Part shown: piece by piece, positions 1 through 7,857 of the stretch | How the letters are laid out: each line of letters begins with the position of its first letter | How positions within the stretch are numbered: the stretch's first letter is position 1 | Assembly: GCA_964643325.1 (NCBI GenBank) | Contig: CAZXSE010000002.1 | Coordinates: forward strand, 8,159 to 72,158 | Origin: an uncultured Planctomycetales bacterium | GTDB taxonomy: Bacteria > Omnitrophota > Gorgyraeia > Zapsychrales > Fredricksoniimonadaceae | Reading direction: 5' to 3' | DNA length: 64,000 nt | Notes under the pieces: model-generated | The model's database searches: none | What the model was told of the DNA's origin: nothing | The model's input: the letters and a program-made list of their open reading frames with translations, nothing else | Position numbers and translations under genes: made by a program

Positions 1-60
1 GGTAAGGTTGGTATTTGTCATGGCTCTCTTATACCACACAGGAGTGTGGCATGTCAAGCG

Positions 61-555
61 TCAATTAAAGATCTGCAGATAATCGTCCGGAAGCCCGAAC
101 TCCGAATAAAGAACTTTTCCGTCGGAACCGATAAAAAAGAGCGCGGGCACACCCATGACCCCGTACGCCTCGGCCACGAACGACCCCGTATCCAGCAGGA
201 CATCCCGGTCAATGCCCTGCGCCTTCATGAACCTCGCGACCTTGGGAGCAGGCTCCCCGATATCAACGAGCACGATCTCAATGCTCTGTGTCGCAAGTTC
301 CTGATCCTTGCGCGCAAGAGCCTTAAGCTGTTCGCGGCAATGAGGGCACCATATGGCAAAGAAGAACACGATCGCCTTTTTCCCGCTGATAAGCCCGCTG
401 AGGCTCGCGGACCCGCCAGCCAGACGTTCAAGAGAAAAGTCCGGCGCCTTCTTCCCGACAAGCGGGCTTTCCTGGGCCTGCGCGCAACCCGGTCCGGTGA
501 ACACCAGCGCCATGAACAAAAGTCCGATGGTCCATCTCTTCATTGTCATCTCCAT
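61..555 (-). CDS. TlpA/ResA-like periplasmic thiol-disulfide oxidoreductase (thioredoxin fold)
   Basis: N-terminal signal peptide; WCPHC (CxxC) motif; thioredoxin-like layout; abuts ccdA. Start could be 543, 549 or 555. Confidence 0.85.
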   Translation of the reverse strand: MEMTMKRWTIGLLFMALVFTGPGCAQAQESPLVGKKAPDFSLERLAGGSASLSGLISGKKAIVFFFAIWCPHCREQLKALARKDQELATQSIEIVLVDIGEPAPKVARFMKAQGIDRDVLLDTGSFVAEAYGVMGVPALFFIGSDGKVLYSEFGLPDDYLQIFN

Positions 556-1227
556 TCAAACAAGGCCAAAGAACCGCAACAAATAATATCCCGAGAATCC
601 CAGAAGAACGGCTCCTGCCGCCCGTCTTATCCATAACATCCACGCGCCCGAACGAAGTCGAACCGCCATGCATCCGGCGCCCGCGCCGGCGAGGACCAGG
701 AAAAGCCCCATACCGCAGGCGAAAACGAACAGCAGGGCCGATCCATACAACACATGCTGCTTCGCGGCCACATACGCCAAAAGCCCGCCAAGAACAGGCG
801 CTGTGCAGGGGCCGACGACAAAGCCCGATGCCAGCCCCATCACAAAGACCGCCCACGGGGTCCTTGGCCGGGCCGTCGTAAAAAGCCTGAAAACAGGCAA
901 TGGAATGATCTCCAGCATGATAAGGCCGCCCGCCAAAAAGACGACCGTAAGCGCCGCGAGCACCGCCGGCGCATTCTGCGCTATGCCGAATACCTTGCCT
1001 GTGACAGCGGCCGCAACCGCAAGCCCGGCATAGGAAAGCGCAAGCCCAAGGACATAGACAAGCGACAACAAGATGCCGGCGCGCCGGGTCCCGTTCACAT
1101 TCGCTCCCGCGATCAAGGCCGCAGTAACAGGAGCAAGAGGATAAACGCACGGCGTCAGGCCCACCATGACGCCGGCGGCAAAAACGCCTGTAAAGTCCAA
1201 TATGTTCCCCTGAATGACCATCATCAT
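556..1227 (-). CDS. ccdA: Cytochrome c-type biogenesis / disulfide-reductant transporter CcdA (DsbD transmembrane-domain family)
   Basis: Polytopic membrane protein with the two conserved Cys (TPCVYPL and GPCTAPVL); typical ccdA-tlpA pairing. Confidence 0.85.
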   Translation of the reverse strand: MMMVIQGNILDFTGVFAAGVMVGLTPCVYPLAPVTAALIAGANVNGTRRAGILLSLVYVLGLALSYAGLAVAAAVTGKVFGIAQNAPAVLAALTVVFLAGGLIMLEIIPLPVFRLFTTARPRTPWAVFVMGLASGFVVGPCTAPVLGGLLAYVAAKQHVLYGSALLFVFACGMGLFLVLAGAGAGCMAVRLRSGAWMLWIRRAAGAVLLGFSGYYLLRFFGLV

Positions 1228-1240
1228 TGCCTCAAAATCA

Positions 1241-1284
1241 AGAAGCCCCTGACCAGCAAAGCGCCAGGGGCTTCGACAGGGCCA
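1241..1284 (-). terminator. Rho-independent terminator downstream of the FKBP gene
   Basis: 10-bp stem gaagcccctg / caggggcttc with a 13-nt loop, followed on the minus strand by a U-rich tract (tgattttg). Confidence 0.5.
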
Positions 1285-1292
1285 ACAGCCCC

Positions 1293-1835
1293 TTATTTCT
1301 TCTCTGCCGGCGCAGCCTCTGCCGCAACAGGCGCCGCAGGCACGGGCTCGACGGAAACGATCTTCACATCGAACGTCAGTTCCTTGCCCGCAAGCGGGTG
1401 ATTGAAATCAAGCATAAAGGTCTTGTCCTTGACCTCCTTGATCATGGCCGGATAAGCATTGCCATCAGGATCCTGCATCTCAAGCACCATGCCGACCTGA
1501 GGCGTAATATCTTTCGGAAGCTTCTCTTTATCCATCTCGCGCACAGCCTCAGGGCGCACAGGACCGTAGGCATCCTCGGGCTTGACGATGACCGTCTTGG
1601 TATCGCCAGCCTTCAATCCCGCCAGCGCTTTTTCAAGGCCCGGGATCAGCATTTCTTTACCGTGCACATATTCCAGCGGCTGCTTGCCTTCCGTCGTCTC
1701 GACCTGTTCCTTGTCAACGGTCAGCGTATAATCAAATTTGACCTTCATGCCGTCAGCGACCACCTGGGCCTGCGCAACACCGGACCCGAACACGAACGCC
1801 GCCACGAACATTCCCATGCATAACATCTTGTTCAT
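1293..1835 (-). CDS. FKBP-type peptidyl-prolyl cis-trans isomerase, secreted
   Basis: Signal peptide (MNKMLCMGMFVAAFVFGSGVAQA) and FKBP-domain-like sequence; strong SD (AGGAGGGG) 5 nt upstream of the ATG at 1835. The track ORF extends to 1865. Confidence 0.8.
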   Translation of the reverse strand: MNKMLCMGMFVAAFVFGSGVAQAQVVADGMKVKFDYTLTVDKEQVETTEGKQPLEYVHGKEMLIPGLEKALAGLKAGDTKTVIVKPEDAYGPVRPEAVREMDKEKLPKDITPQVGMVLEMQDPDGNAYPAMIKEVKDKTFMLDFNHPLAGKELTFDVKIVSVEPVPAAPVAAEAAPAEKK

Positions 1836-1901
1836 ATCCCCTCCTTGTAGGTTGAAATCCATCATAACATCCGGAAACTTTTTGTCAAAAAACTTCGCGG
1901 A

Positions 1902-3755
1902 TCAGACGCGGCATACATAATAAAGGCTCGCGTCAGTCAACTTGCTCCAGCGGCGCCAGTCGCGCACCTCAAGCCCCGTCCTCGTCGAGAATACCCTGAT
2001 GTCATGAAATCCAAGCTCCTTGAGCGCGCGCACCTGGGCATTGGGCGTGCTGTAATAGACCGGTACGCGATAGCCGCTATCCTCATCGACCAGCATGGCC
2101 GAGGGCTGATGGCACAAACGCGCCAGATGTCCGTTAGCCGCCGCCACGAGCAGCCGCCGGCGCAACCGGCGCAAAAGATCCACAGCTCCGGAACCCTGGC
2201 CGGGCTTGAGGCTTTGCAGATTGCGCGATGAAAAACAGAACCAGGCCCCCTCTTTGGCCACCCGGCGGACCTCTTCCAGCACGCGCCGGCGGTCATCTTC
2301 CGTGAACTCGTCGATCCTGCCGCCGCCGCAAAGGATCAGATCATACGCCCCGTCCACGGCAAAGCTCATGTGCCGCGCATCCGCGACAAAAATGTCGCGC
2401 GCCGGGACCTGATCATCAAGGCACGCATGGGCCGCCTCTATATCCGCCGGAGCGCGGTCAAAAGCCGCATACTGCTTCACCGCTCCGGCAAAATAAATAC
2501 CTGTCCGTCCCCGGCCGGCCGCCATATCAAGCATGCACAAGCCCTTCAGCTGCGGCCGCAGGCGGCGTAAGATCTCGATCTCAGGCCGCGCAAGCAGGGG
2601 GCTGCAAGAAAGATCATCGACACCGGCAACGCTGCGCTGCGCAGCCTCAACGATCTTTTTCTTGCTGATCAAGACTTCCAGAACGCCGCGGCACGCTTCA
2701 ACGAACGTCCGGGTGTCGCGGACCAGGGGAATCCTGCCGGCCCACAGCCGGGCCTGCTGCTGCCATTTCAAATGCCGCTGGCGGAATACCCGGACCGAAC
2801 GCGTCGCCGCCAGGTGCGCCGCCGTGCGCCGGATGACCGGCTCGTCGGAGGACGCGCATATCAGCTGGCGGCAGCCGCGCCTGAGCGCGTACAACACCAC
2901 CTCACGCCACAAAACATCGTCGGGAGAGAACCGCCTGAGCGCGGCATCAAAAGAAAAAACACATGAGTAAAGGTCCGCCCCGTGGACAAGCCCGATATGA
3001 TACCCCGCAGGCTGTTCATTCAACAGCAGCGTGGTGACCACGAGCCCCGGCTGCAGCGCCGGGTCCGCGCAAAGCTGCCGGGTAAAGTCACGGTCAGGGC
3101 GGGCCACAAAAGCCCCGGGTTCCGGGCGCAACATCCAGCGATGGATATGCTGCATGAACAGCGCCTGCCACGGAATATCCTCCGGCCGCGGCCCCTCGGC
3201 ATGTACCGCGCGTACGCTGCCCTGCGTCGCGAGGACGCCGGCATGACGGGACAAAGGCCCTGACTGCAGGCTGCGGGCCGCCTGCGCTTCATGCCCCTGC
3301 AGCGGCACGCCGCGCAGGGATCCCCGGCCAAAATCAAATGAAAAAAGCCCCGCGTCATCAGCGACATCCCGCAGCCACCGGCACGTCGGGGATGCCGCCG
3401 GAACGGCATTGAGCTCCATGACCTGCCATTCCTCCCATTCGCGCAGCGGCGTCTCAAGCGCAGTAAGTGTCCCGGGATGGCGCGCATCGTAAAGAAGATC
3501 GAGTGCCGGCGCATCCCCGTCGCCAATGAACTTCAAGACCCCCCGCTCCAGGAACAGCGGCATAAGCGCCTTGAGCGTGTCACCGTCATGCAAGGCCATC
3601 AGCCGCAGCTGACGCCCCTCGCGCGCGTGCGCGCGCCACCAGGCCTCCTGCCACGCCCTGCTCTGAAAAAGCATGTTCGTCGGCGAAACCGCTACGAGCG
3701 CATCCCACGACGAGGGGCTTACCGCCGCAAAGTCATCGCAAATATCAACTCTCAT
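1902..3755 (-). CDS. Two-domain protein: N-terminal FemAB/BioF2-like (GNAT-fold) acyltransferase domain fused to a C-terminal class I SAM-dependent methyltransferase
   Basis: 617 aa. N-terminal ~330 aa resemble Acetyltransf_6/CelD-like domains. The C-terminal region has SAM-binding motif I (LDMAAGRG) and post-I acidic residues. It is overlapped by the downstream GT4 gene. Confidence 0.55.
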   Translation of the reverse strand: MRVDICDDFAAVSPSSWDALVAVSPTNMLFQSRAWQEAWWRAHAREGRQLRLMALHDGDTLKALMPLFLERGVLKFIGDGDAPALDLLYDARHPGTLTALETPLREWEEWQVMELNAVPAASPTCRWLRDVADDAGLFSFDFGRGSLRGVPLQGHEAQAARSLQSGPLSRHAGVLATQGSVRAVHAEGPRPEDIPWQALFMQHIHRWMLRPEPGAFVARPDRDFTRQLCADPALQPGLVVTTLLLNEQPAGYHIGLVHGADLYSCVFSFDAALRRFSPDDVLWREVVLYALRRGCRQLICASSDEPVIRRTAAHLAATRSVRVFRQRHLKWQQQARLWAGRIPLVRDTRTFVEACRGVLEVLISKKKIVEAAQRSVAGVDDLSCSPLLARPEIEILRRLRPQLKGLCMLDMAAGRGRTGIYFAGAVKQYAAFDRAPADIEAAHACLDDQVPARDIFVADARHMSFAVDGAYDLILCGGGRIDEFTEDDRRRVLEEVRRVAKEGAWFCFSSRNLQSLKPGQGSGAVDLLRRLRRRLLVAAANGHLARLCHQPSAMLVDEDSGYRVPVYYSTPNAQVRALKELGFHDIRVFSTRTGLEVRDWRRWSKLTDASLYYVCRV

Positions 3756-4974
3756 AGACCGTCTGTGTAAAAAGTTTGATCAGGACCTGGTTCAAGGTCG
3801 TGATATTGAACTGCTCTTCGATGCGCCTGCGCGCCGCCTGCGCGGTCTGTTCGACCCGCTCCGGCGAATGGCGCAGCAGCCTCAGCTTCGCGGCCAGGGC
3901 GCCGGGGTCTTTTTCCGGGACCAGCGCCCCTGTCTTTCCGTCCTCGACCAGTTCGCGAATGGCGCCGTTGACCGTCGTGACCACCGGCACCCCGCTGGCC
4001 ATGGCTTCCATCAGAACGACCGGGATCCCTTCCTTCTCGCCGGAAGCCGCGGTAATGCTCGGCGCCAGGAAAATATCCGCTTCCTTGAGGCACCGGCGGA
4101 TCGTTCCTGAATCCTGCGCCCCCATGAAACGCACGCGCCCGGCCACCCCCAGGCGGCGCGCGTGAGCCTCAAGCTCTGCGCGCAAAGGCCCGTCACCGAT
4201 AATGATATACGACCAGGGAATGTCGTCGAGCAAAGCCAGGGCCTCAAGGCCGTACATCATGCCTTTTTTGTCGATCAGCCGCGCCACCGAGAGGACCTTG
4301 AGCGTCCCGGCGCCAAAACGCTTGCGGGCGCTGACATCGAACTGCCGCACGTCAACCCCCATGCGATGGACCGTGATCTTACGCTCAGGACATCCCAACT
4401 CCACCAGCTTGTTCCGGGCATAACGGCTTACGGGCAGAAAAAGATCGCCTTCGGCGAACAGATGCTGCAGCTTCACCGACATCATGGCCCCGGCAAGATC
4501 GCAAAGGTCCTCGACATGAAAGACCGTGACGATCTTCCCGGTCAGCGCGCCGAGCTCTTTCATCTTAAGCCCGAGGATCCCGTTATCACCCTGATGGCAC
4601 ACCACAATATCGTGATCGCGCGCCTCCAGGAACATGAGCGTCGTGAAAAAAAGGTCCAGCGACCAGGCCTCGCGGCCAAAACGGACCGCGTTCAGCGAGC
4701 GCAAGAGCGCCCCCGGCGCGCGCCAGACGCATGCCGGAAAAATGAACAGGAACTTCAGCGCGCGCACAACGGGCGGCCATGACCTGTAGGCGGGATAACG
4801 GGTGTGCTGCAGCAGGCCGTGGCGCACCACATCCTCATGGATCACGGGGTCCCTGCCGCGAGCGCCGGCGAAGATAGTGATGTCGCAGCCCGCGTCCATC
4901 AACCCTGTCATCTGGTTGAGAATGAATGTCTCCGAAAGGGACGGGAATGTCCCGACGATAAAACAGATCCGCAT
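3745..4974 (-). CDS. GT4 family glycosyltransferase
   Basis: 409 aa; GT-B fold with the E-x7-E region (EGIPVVLMEAMASGVPVV) typical of the GT4/GT1 family. Confidence 0.8.
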   Translation of the reverse strand: MRICFIVGTFPSLSETFILNQMTGLMDAGCDITIFAGARGRDPVIHEDVVRHGLLQHTRYPAYRSWPPVVRALKFLFIFPACVWRAPGALLRSLNAVRFGREAWSLDLFFTTLMFLEARDHDIVVCHQGDNGILGLKMKELGALTGKIVTVFHVEDLCDLAGAMMSVKLQHLFAEGDLFLPVSRYARNKLVELGCPERKITVHRMGVDVRQFDVSARKRFGAGTLKVLSVARLIDKKGMMYGLEALALLDDIPWSYIIIGDGPLRAELEAHARRLGVAGRVRFMGAQDSGTIRRCLKEADIFLAPSITAASGEKEGIPVVLMEAMASGVPVVTTVNGAIRELVEDGKTGALVPEKDPGALAAKLRLLRHSPERVEQTAQAARRRIEEQFNITTLNQVLIKLFTQTVYES

Positions 4975-4980
4975 AACATC

Positions 4981-5472
4981 CTATTTCCGGGAATTGGCCT
5001 TGAGCGCGTCCAGTTCATCAGATACGGCGCGCAGCGACGCGCGCAATGCTATCTTCTCGCCGGCCATCATGTCAGCCTTCGCGGCCAGCGCGTCCTTCTC
5101 CCTGGCCATTTCCGCCAGCCGGGCATTCTTTTCTTCCAACGCCAATCCCAACATTTTCAATTCTCTTGCCGCATCTTCCATCTGTGCGCGGTACGGTATG
5201 GCGGCCTGGTCGATCCTCTTGAGGCAATCCCCGTCAAACGCCAGGATGGATTTCTGCAAAGCGTCCACTTTCAACTCCAGCGCTTCTTTCTCCGCCGAGG
5301 CCCTGACCAGCGCTTCTTTCATGCTCTCGATCTCGGCCTGGAGCCGGCCGTTCTCCCGCTGCAAAAAGAAGTTCTCGTCCCGAAGGACCATGTCAGGCCC
5401 AGGCTCAAGCGCATGCGCGCGCGGCGCTGCGGCCATCACGATAAGAAAAAGAATGCATATTCTTTTATTCAT
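4981..5472 (-). CDS. Secreted coiled-coil protein (possibly OmpH/Skp-like periplasmic chaperone)
   Basis: Signal peptide MNKRICILFLIVMAAAPRAHA followed by ~140 aa of heptad-rich A/E/K/L sequence. The track ORF extends to 5619, but the ATG at 5472 gives a canonical signal peptide. Confidence 0.45.
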   Translation of the reverse strand: MNKRICILFLIVMAAAPRAHALEPGPDMVLRDENFFLQRENGRLQAEIESMKEALVRASAEKEALELKVDALQKSILAFDGDCLKRIDQAAIPYRAQMEDAARELKMLGLALEEKNARLAEMAREKDALAAKADMMAGEKIALRASLRAVSDELDALKANSRK

Positions 5473-5530
5473 AGGTAAAATCATACCCCTGAACAATTCA
5501 CGCAACAATGTTAAATTGAGATTTTCACAC

Positions 5531-6235
5531 ATGGACGACACGCACGCACGCGAGGCCCTCCACAGGCGCGCAACCCCGGCCAAGGCCAGGGCCCTGCAAC
5601 GCTTCTTCATGACGGGCAAAGGCGCCTACAGCGAACACGATATCTTCATCGGGGTCACGGTCCCGGAAATACGCCAGGTGGCCGCGGCGTGCGCCGCATT
5701 AAAGAGGCCTTCCATCCTGAAACTGCTGCGCGCGCCCGTGCATGAAGAGCGCCTTCTGGCACTGCTCCTGCTCATCGATCGATATTCAAAGGGGAATGCT
5801 GCAGAACAAAAGGCCATTTTTACCCTTTACCTCAAGAATGCCGCCTTCGTCAATAACTGGGACCTTGTCGACCTGAGCGCCGCGAAGATCGTCGGGAGCT
5901 GGCTCCTGGGCAAGGACAAAAAGATCCTCGACGCGCTCGCCCGTTCCCGGAACATGTGGGAGCGGCGCATCGCCATCGTGGCAACGCACGCATTCATCCG
6001 CGATGGCCTCGTCAACGACACATTCCATATCGCCGGCATCCTCCTGGGCGATCAGGAAGATCTCATCCATAAGGCCGCCGGCTGGATGCTGCGCGAGGCG
6101 GGCAAGCGCGACATGAAAGCCCTCAAGGCTTTCTTAAAACCCCGGTTAAAGACCATGCCGCGCACCATGCTGCGCTACGCCATCGAGCGCTTCCCCGAAA
6201 AAGAACGACAGGTTTTTCTCCAATACAAAGCATAA
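5531..6235 (+). CDS. DNA alkylation repair enzyme (AlkC/AlkD HEAT-like repeat family)
   Basis: 234 aa from the ATG at 5531 (MDDTHAREAL...). HEAT-like repeats and conserved W/R/K residues typical of AlkD-like glycosylases. The upstream part of the 477-aa track ORF is antisense to the coiled-coil gene. Confidence 0.7.
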   Translation: MDDTHAREALHRRATPAKARALQRFFMTGKGAYSEHDIFIGVTVPEIRQVAAACAALKRPSILKLLRAPVHEERLLALLLLIDRYSKGNAAEQKAIFTLYLKNAAFVNNWDLVDLSAAKIVGSWLLGKDKKILDALARSRNMWERRIAIVATHAFIRDGLVNDTFHIAGILLGDQEDLIHKAAGWMLREAGKRDMKALKAFLKPRLKTMPRTMLRYAIERFPEKERQVFLQYKA

Positions 6236-6283
6236 AAAGATCCCCTGCCCCGGACTTGCGGCCGGAACAGGGGATCTTGTATT
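6236..6283. terminator. Bidirectional rho-independent terminator between convergent alkD-like and cspA genes
   Basis: 11-bp stem aagatcccctg / caggggatctt enclosing an inner ccgg...ccgg hairpin. U-rich tract on the cspA side (tttttatgc on the minus strand), weaker T-rich run on the plus side. Confidence 0.55.
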
Positions 6284-6313
6284 GTTGCTGATACCCGTTA
6301 ACAACAGCGGCTA

Positions 6314-6559
6314 TTATGCTTCTTCGTAACGGTTCGCGCGCGGTTTCTCGGGCGGCGGGTTCAGGCGAACGACATTCACGGCCTTGGGGCCGCGCGCATC
6401 TTCCTGGACCTCGAATTCAACTTCCTCTCCATCAACGAGGTACTTGAACCCTTCGGACTGGATGCCGCTGTAATGGACATACACATCCTTGCCTTCGGCG
6501 GTCGTGATAAAACCATAACCCTTCTTACGATCGAACCACTTCACTTTGCCCTTGTCCAT
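6314..6559 (-). CDS. cspA: Cold-shock protein, CspA family
   Basis: 81 aa; [17 protein letters not shown]...VYVHYS with RNP1/RNP2-like motifs. Confidence 0.9.
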   Translation of the reverse strand: MDKGKVKWFDRKKGYGFITTAEGKDVYVHYSGIQSEGFKYLVDGEEVEFEVQEDARGPKAVNVVRLNPPPEKPRANRYEEA

Positions 6560-6616
6560 GTGCGTCTCTTTCGTTGTGCCTTATTGTCACATTTCCCTTA
6601 TCGGGAACTCACCCGC

Positions 6617-7081
6617 TTATTGGGCCGCTTCCGGCGCCACCGGAGCTTCCGGTGCTGCCGGGGCTTCAGGCGCTGCCGCCGGAGCCGCTGCCGGAACTTC
6701 TGCCGCGACCGGAGCTTCCGTCACTGCAGGGGCCGGGGCCTCGACAGGGACTTCCGCGCCTTTTTCCTCTTTGACCAGGGTCGTGATCACGCGCTTGCCA
6801 TTCTTATCCATATAATCAATGACGATATCATCGCCCGCAGCAAGATCGGCCGCCGCGTTCACATTGCCGAACTCGGTCTCCGCCGTCAATTCATAAACAA
6901 CCTCGACATCCGCGTCCTTGGCAAAATCATATTCCTTCACCGTGATCTGCCCGGCAGCGACGCTGACCACCTTACCGAATGAGAACTTGTCTTCCATATT
7001 CTCCTGCGCCGCAACAACAGGCACATTGACCGCGAATGCTAATCCTAAAGCCAACACGACCGCCATCAGTGATCTTTTCAT
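6617..7081 (-). CDS. Secreted protein with a C-terminal Pro/Ala/Glu-rich low-complexity repeat tail
   Basis: Signal peptide (MKRSLMAVVLALGLAFAVNVPVVAA); C-terminal PAAAP/EAPxA repeats; strong SD (AAAGGAG) upstream. Confidence 0.55.
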   Translation of the reverse strand: MKRSLMAVVLALGLAFAVNVPVVAAQENMEDKFSFGKVVSVAAGQITVKEYDFAKDADVEVVYELTAETEFGNVNAAADLAAGDDIVIDYMDKNGKRVITTLVKEEKGAEVPVEAPAPAVTEAPVAAEVPAAAPAAAPEAPAAPEAPVAPEAAQ

Positions 7082-7188
7082 CGATACATCTCCTTTTAAA
7101 TATTAACTTCCCCTGATTGTACAGAATGGCTGACAGTTTACCGCTCTGTTTTTCGGCTGTCAACGGATATGTAATGATCCCGCGGCCG

Positions 7189-7857
7189 TCATGAACACGC
7201 TTCCTGAAGCTTTTGCCACTCGTCGTTCGTGAACTCTCCCGCCCGGTCGCGCAGCGAGGGGTCCAGGACCTTGCCTTCCACATTACCGCGCTGCAATTTG
7301 TAACGCTCCCACGATCCCAGCAAGGCCTTGACCGCGGGCATATCCTGCGCCCCCAAAAAACCTTTGACCGCTGTCGTCCGGAACAGATGCGCCACCTTTG
7401 ATGAACGGATCAACGCGATGGAATCCTGCACACAGCCGGTATCCGCCGCAACGCCTGTTGTCCTGTTGTAATCCGCCAGGGGCGCCTTGATGTCCATGGC
7501 CACAAAGTCAACAAGCCCCTGTGCAAGGATCTCGCGCAAGACATCCGGACGCGACCCGTTGGTGTCAAGCTTGACCAAAAAGCCCATGTCCTTGATGCGG
7601 CGGATGACATCCTTCAGGTCCGGCTGCAAGGCCGGCTCGCCGCCGGTGATCACAACACCCTGCAGCTGCCCGCGGCGTTTTTCAAGGAACGCCATGACCT
7701 CCCCGGTATCGATCGGCGGCGTGAACAGTTCCGGAAGGACGAGTTCGGGATTGTGGCAAAAGGGGCAGCGGTAATTGCACCCCTGGGTGAAGATCACCGC
7801 TGCCACTTTGCCGGGATAATCGATCAGTGAGAACTTGAGCAGGCCCCCGATGAGCAT
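7189..7857 (-). CDS. nrdG: Anaerobic ribonucleoside-triphosphate reductase activating protein (radical SAM)
   Basis: GCNYRCPFCHNPEL cluster near the N-terminus; ~220 aa; directly downstream of nrdD and overlapping it. The internal start MLIGGLLKFSLIDYPGK at 7857 was chosen; the track ORF extends to 8016. Confidence 0.85.
   Translation of the reverse strand: MLIGGLLKFSLIDYPGKVAAVIFTQGCNYRCPFCHNPELVLPELFTPPIDTGEVMAFLEKRRGQLQGVVITGGEPALQPDLKDVIRRIKDMGFLVKLDTNGSRPDVLREILAQGLVDFVAMDIKAPLADYNRTTGVAADTGCVQDSIALIRSSKVAHLFRTTAVKGFLGAQDMPAVKALLGSWERYKLQRGNVEGKVLDPSLRDRAGEFTNDEWQKLQEACS

Noticed and set aside
46-636. 196-aa plus-strand ORF at the window start
   Set aside because: It is antisense to the TlpA-like gene with its clear WCPHC motif and signal peptide. 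No recognisable domain; spurious.
4802-5530. N-terminal 243 aa of the 477-aa plus-strand track ORF
   Set aside because: Only the portion from ATG 5531 resembles AlkD-like repair enzymes. The upstream part is the antisense frame of the coiled-coil gene and has no features of its own.
6546-6815. Pro/Leu/Glu-rich plus-strand ORFs (PELPVLPGLQALPPEPLPELLP...)
   Set aside because: They are the complementary-strand echo of the PA-rich repeat tail of the secreted protein gene 6617-7081, not independent genes.
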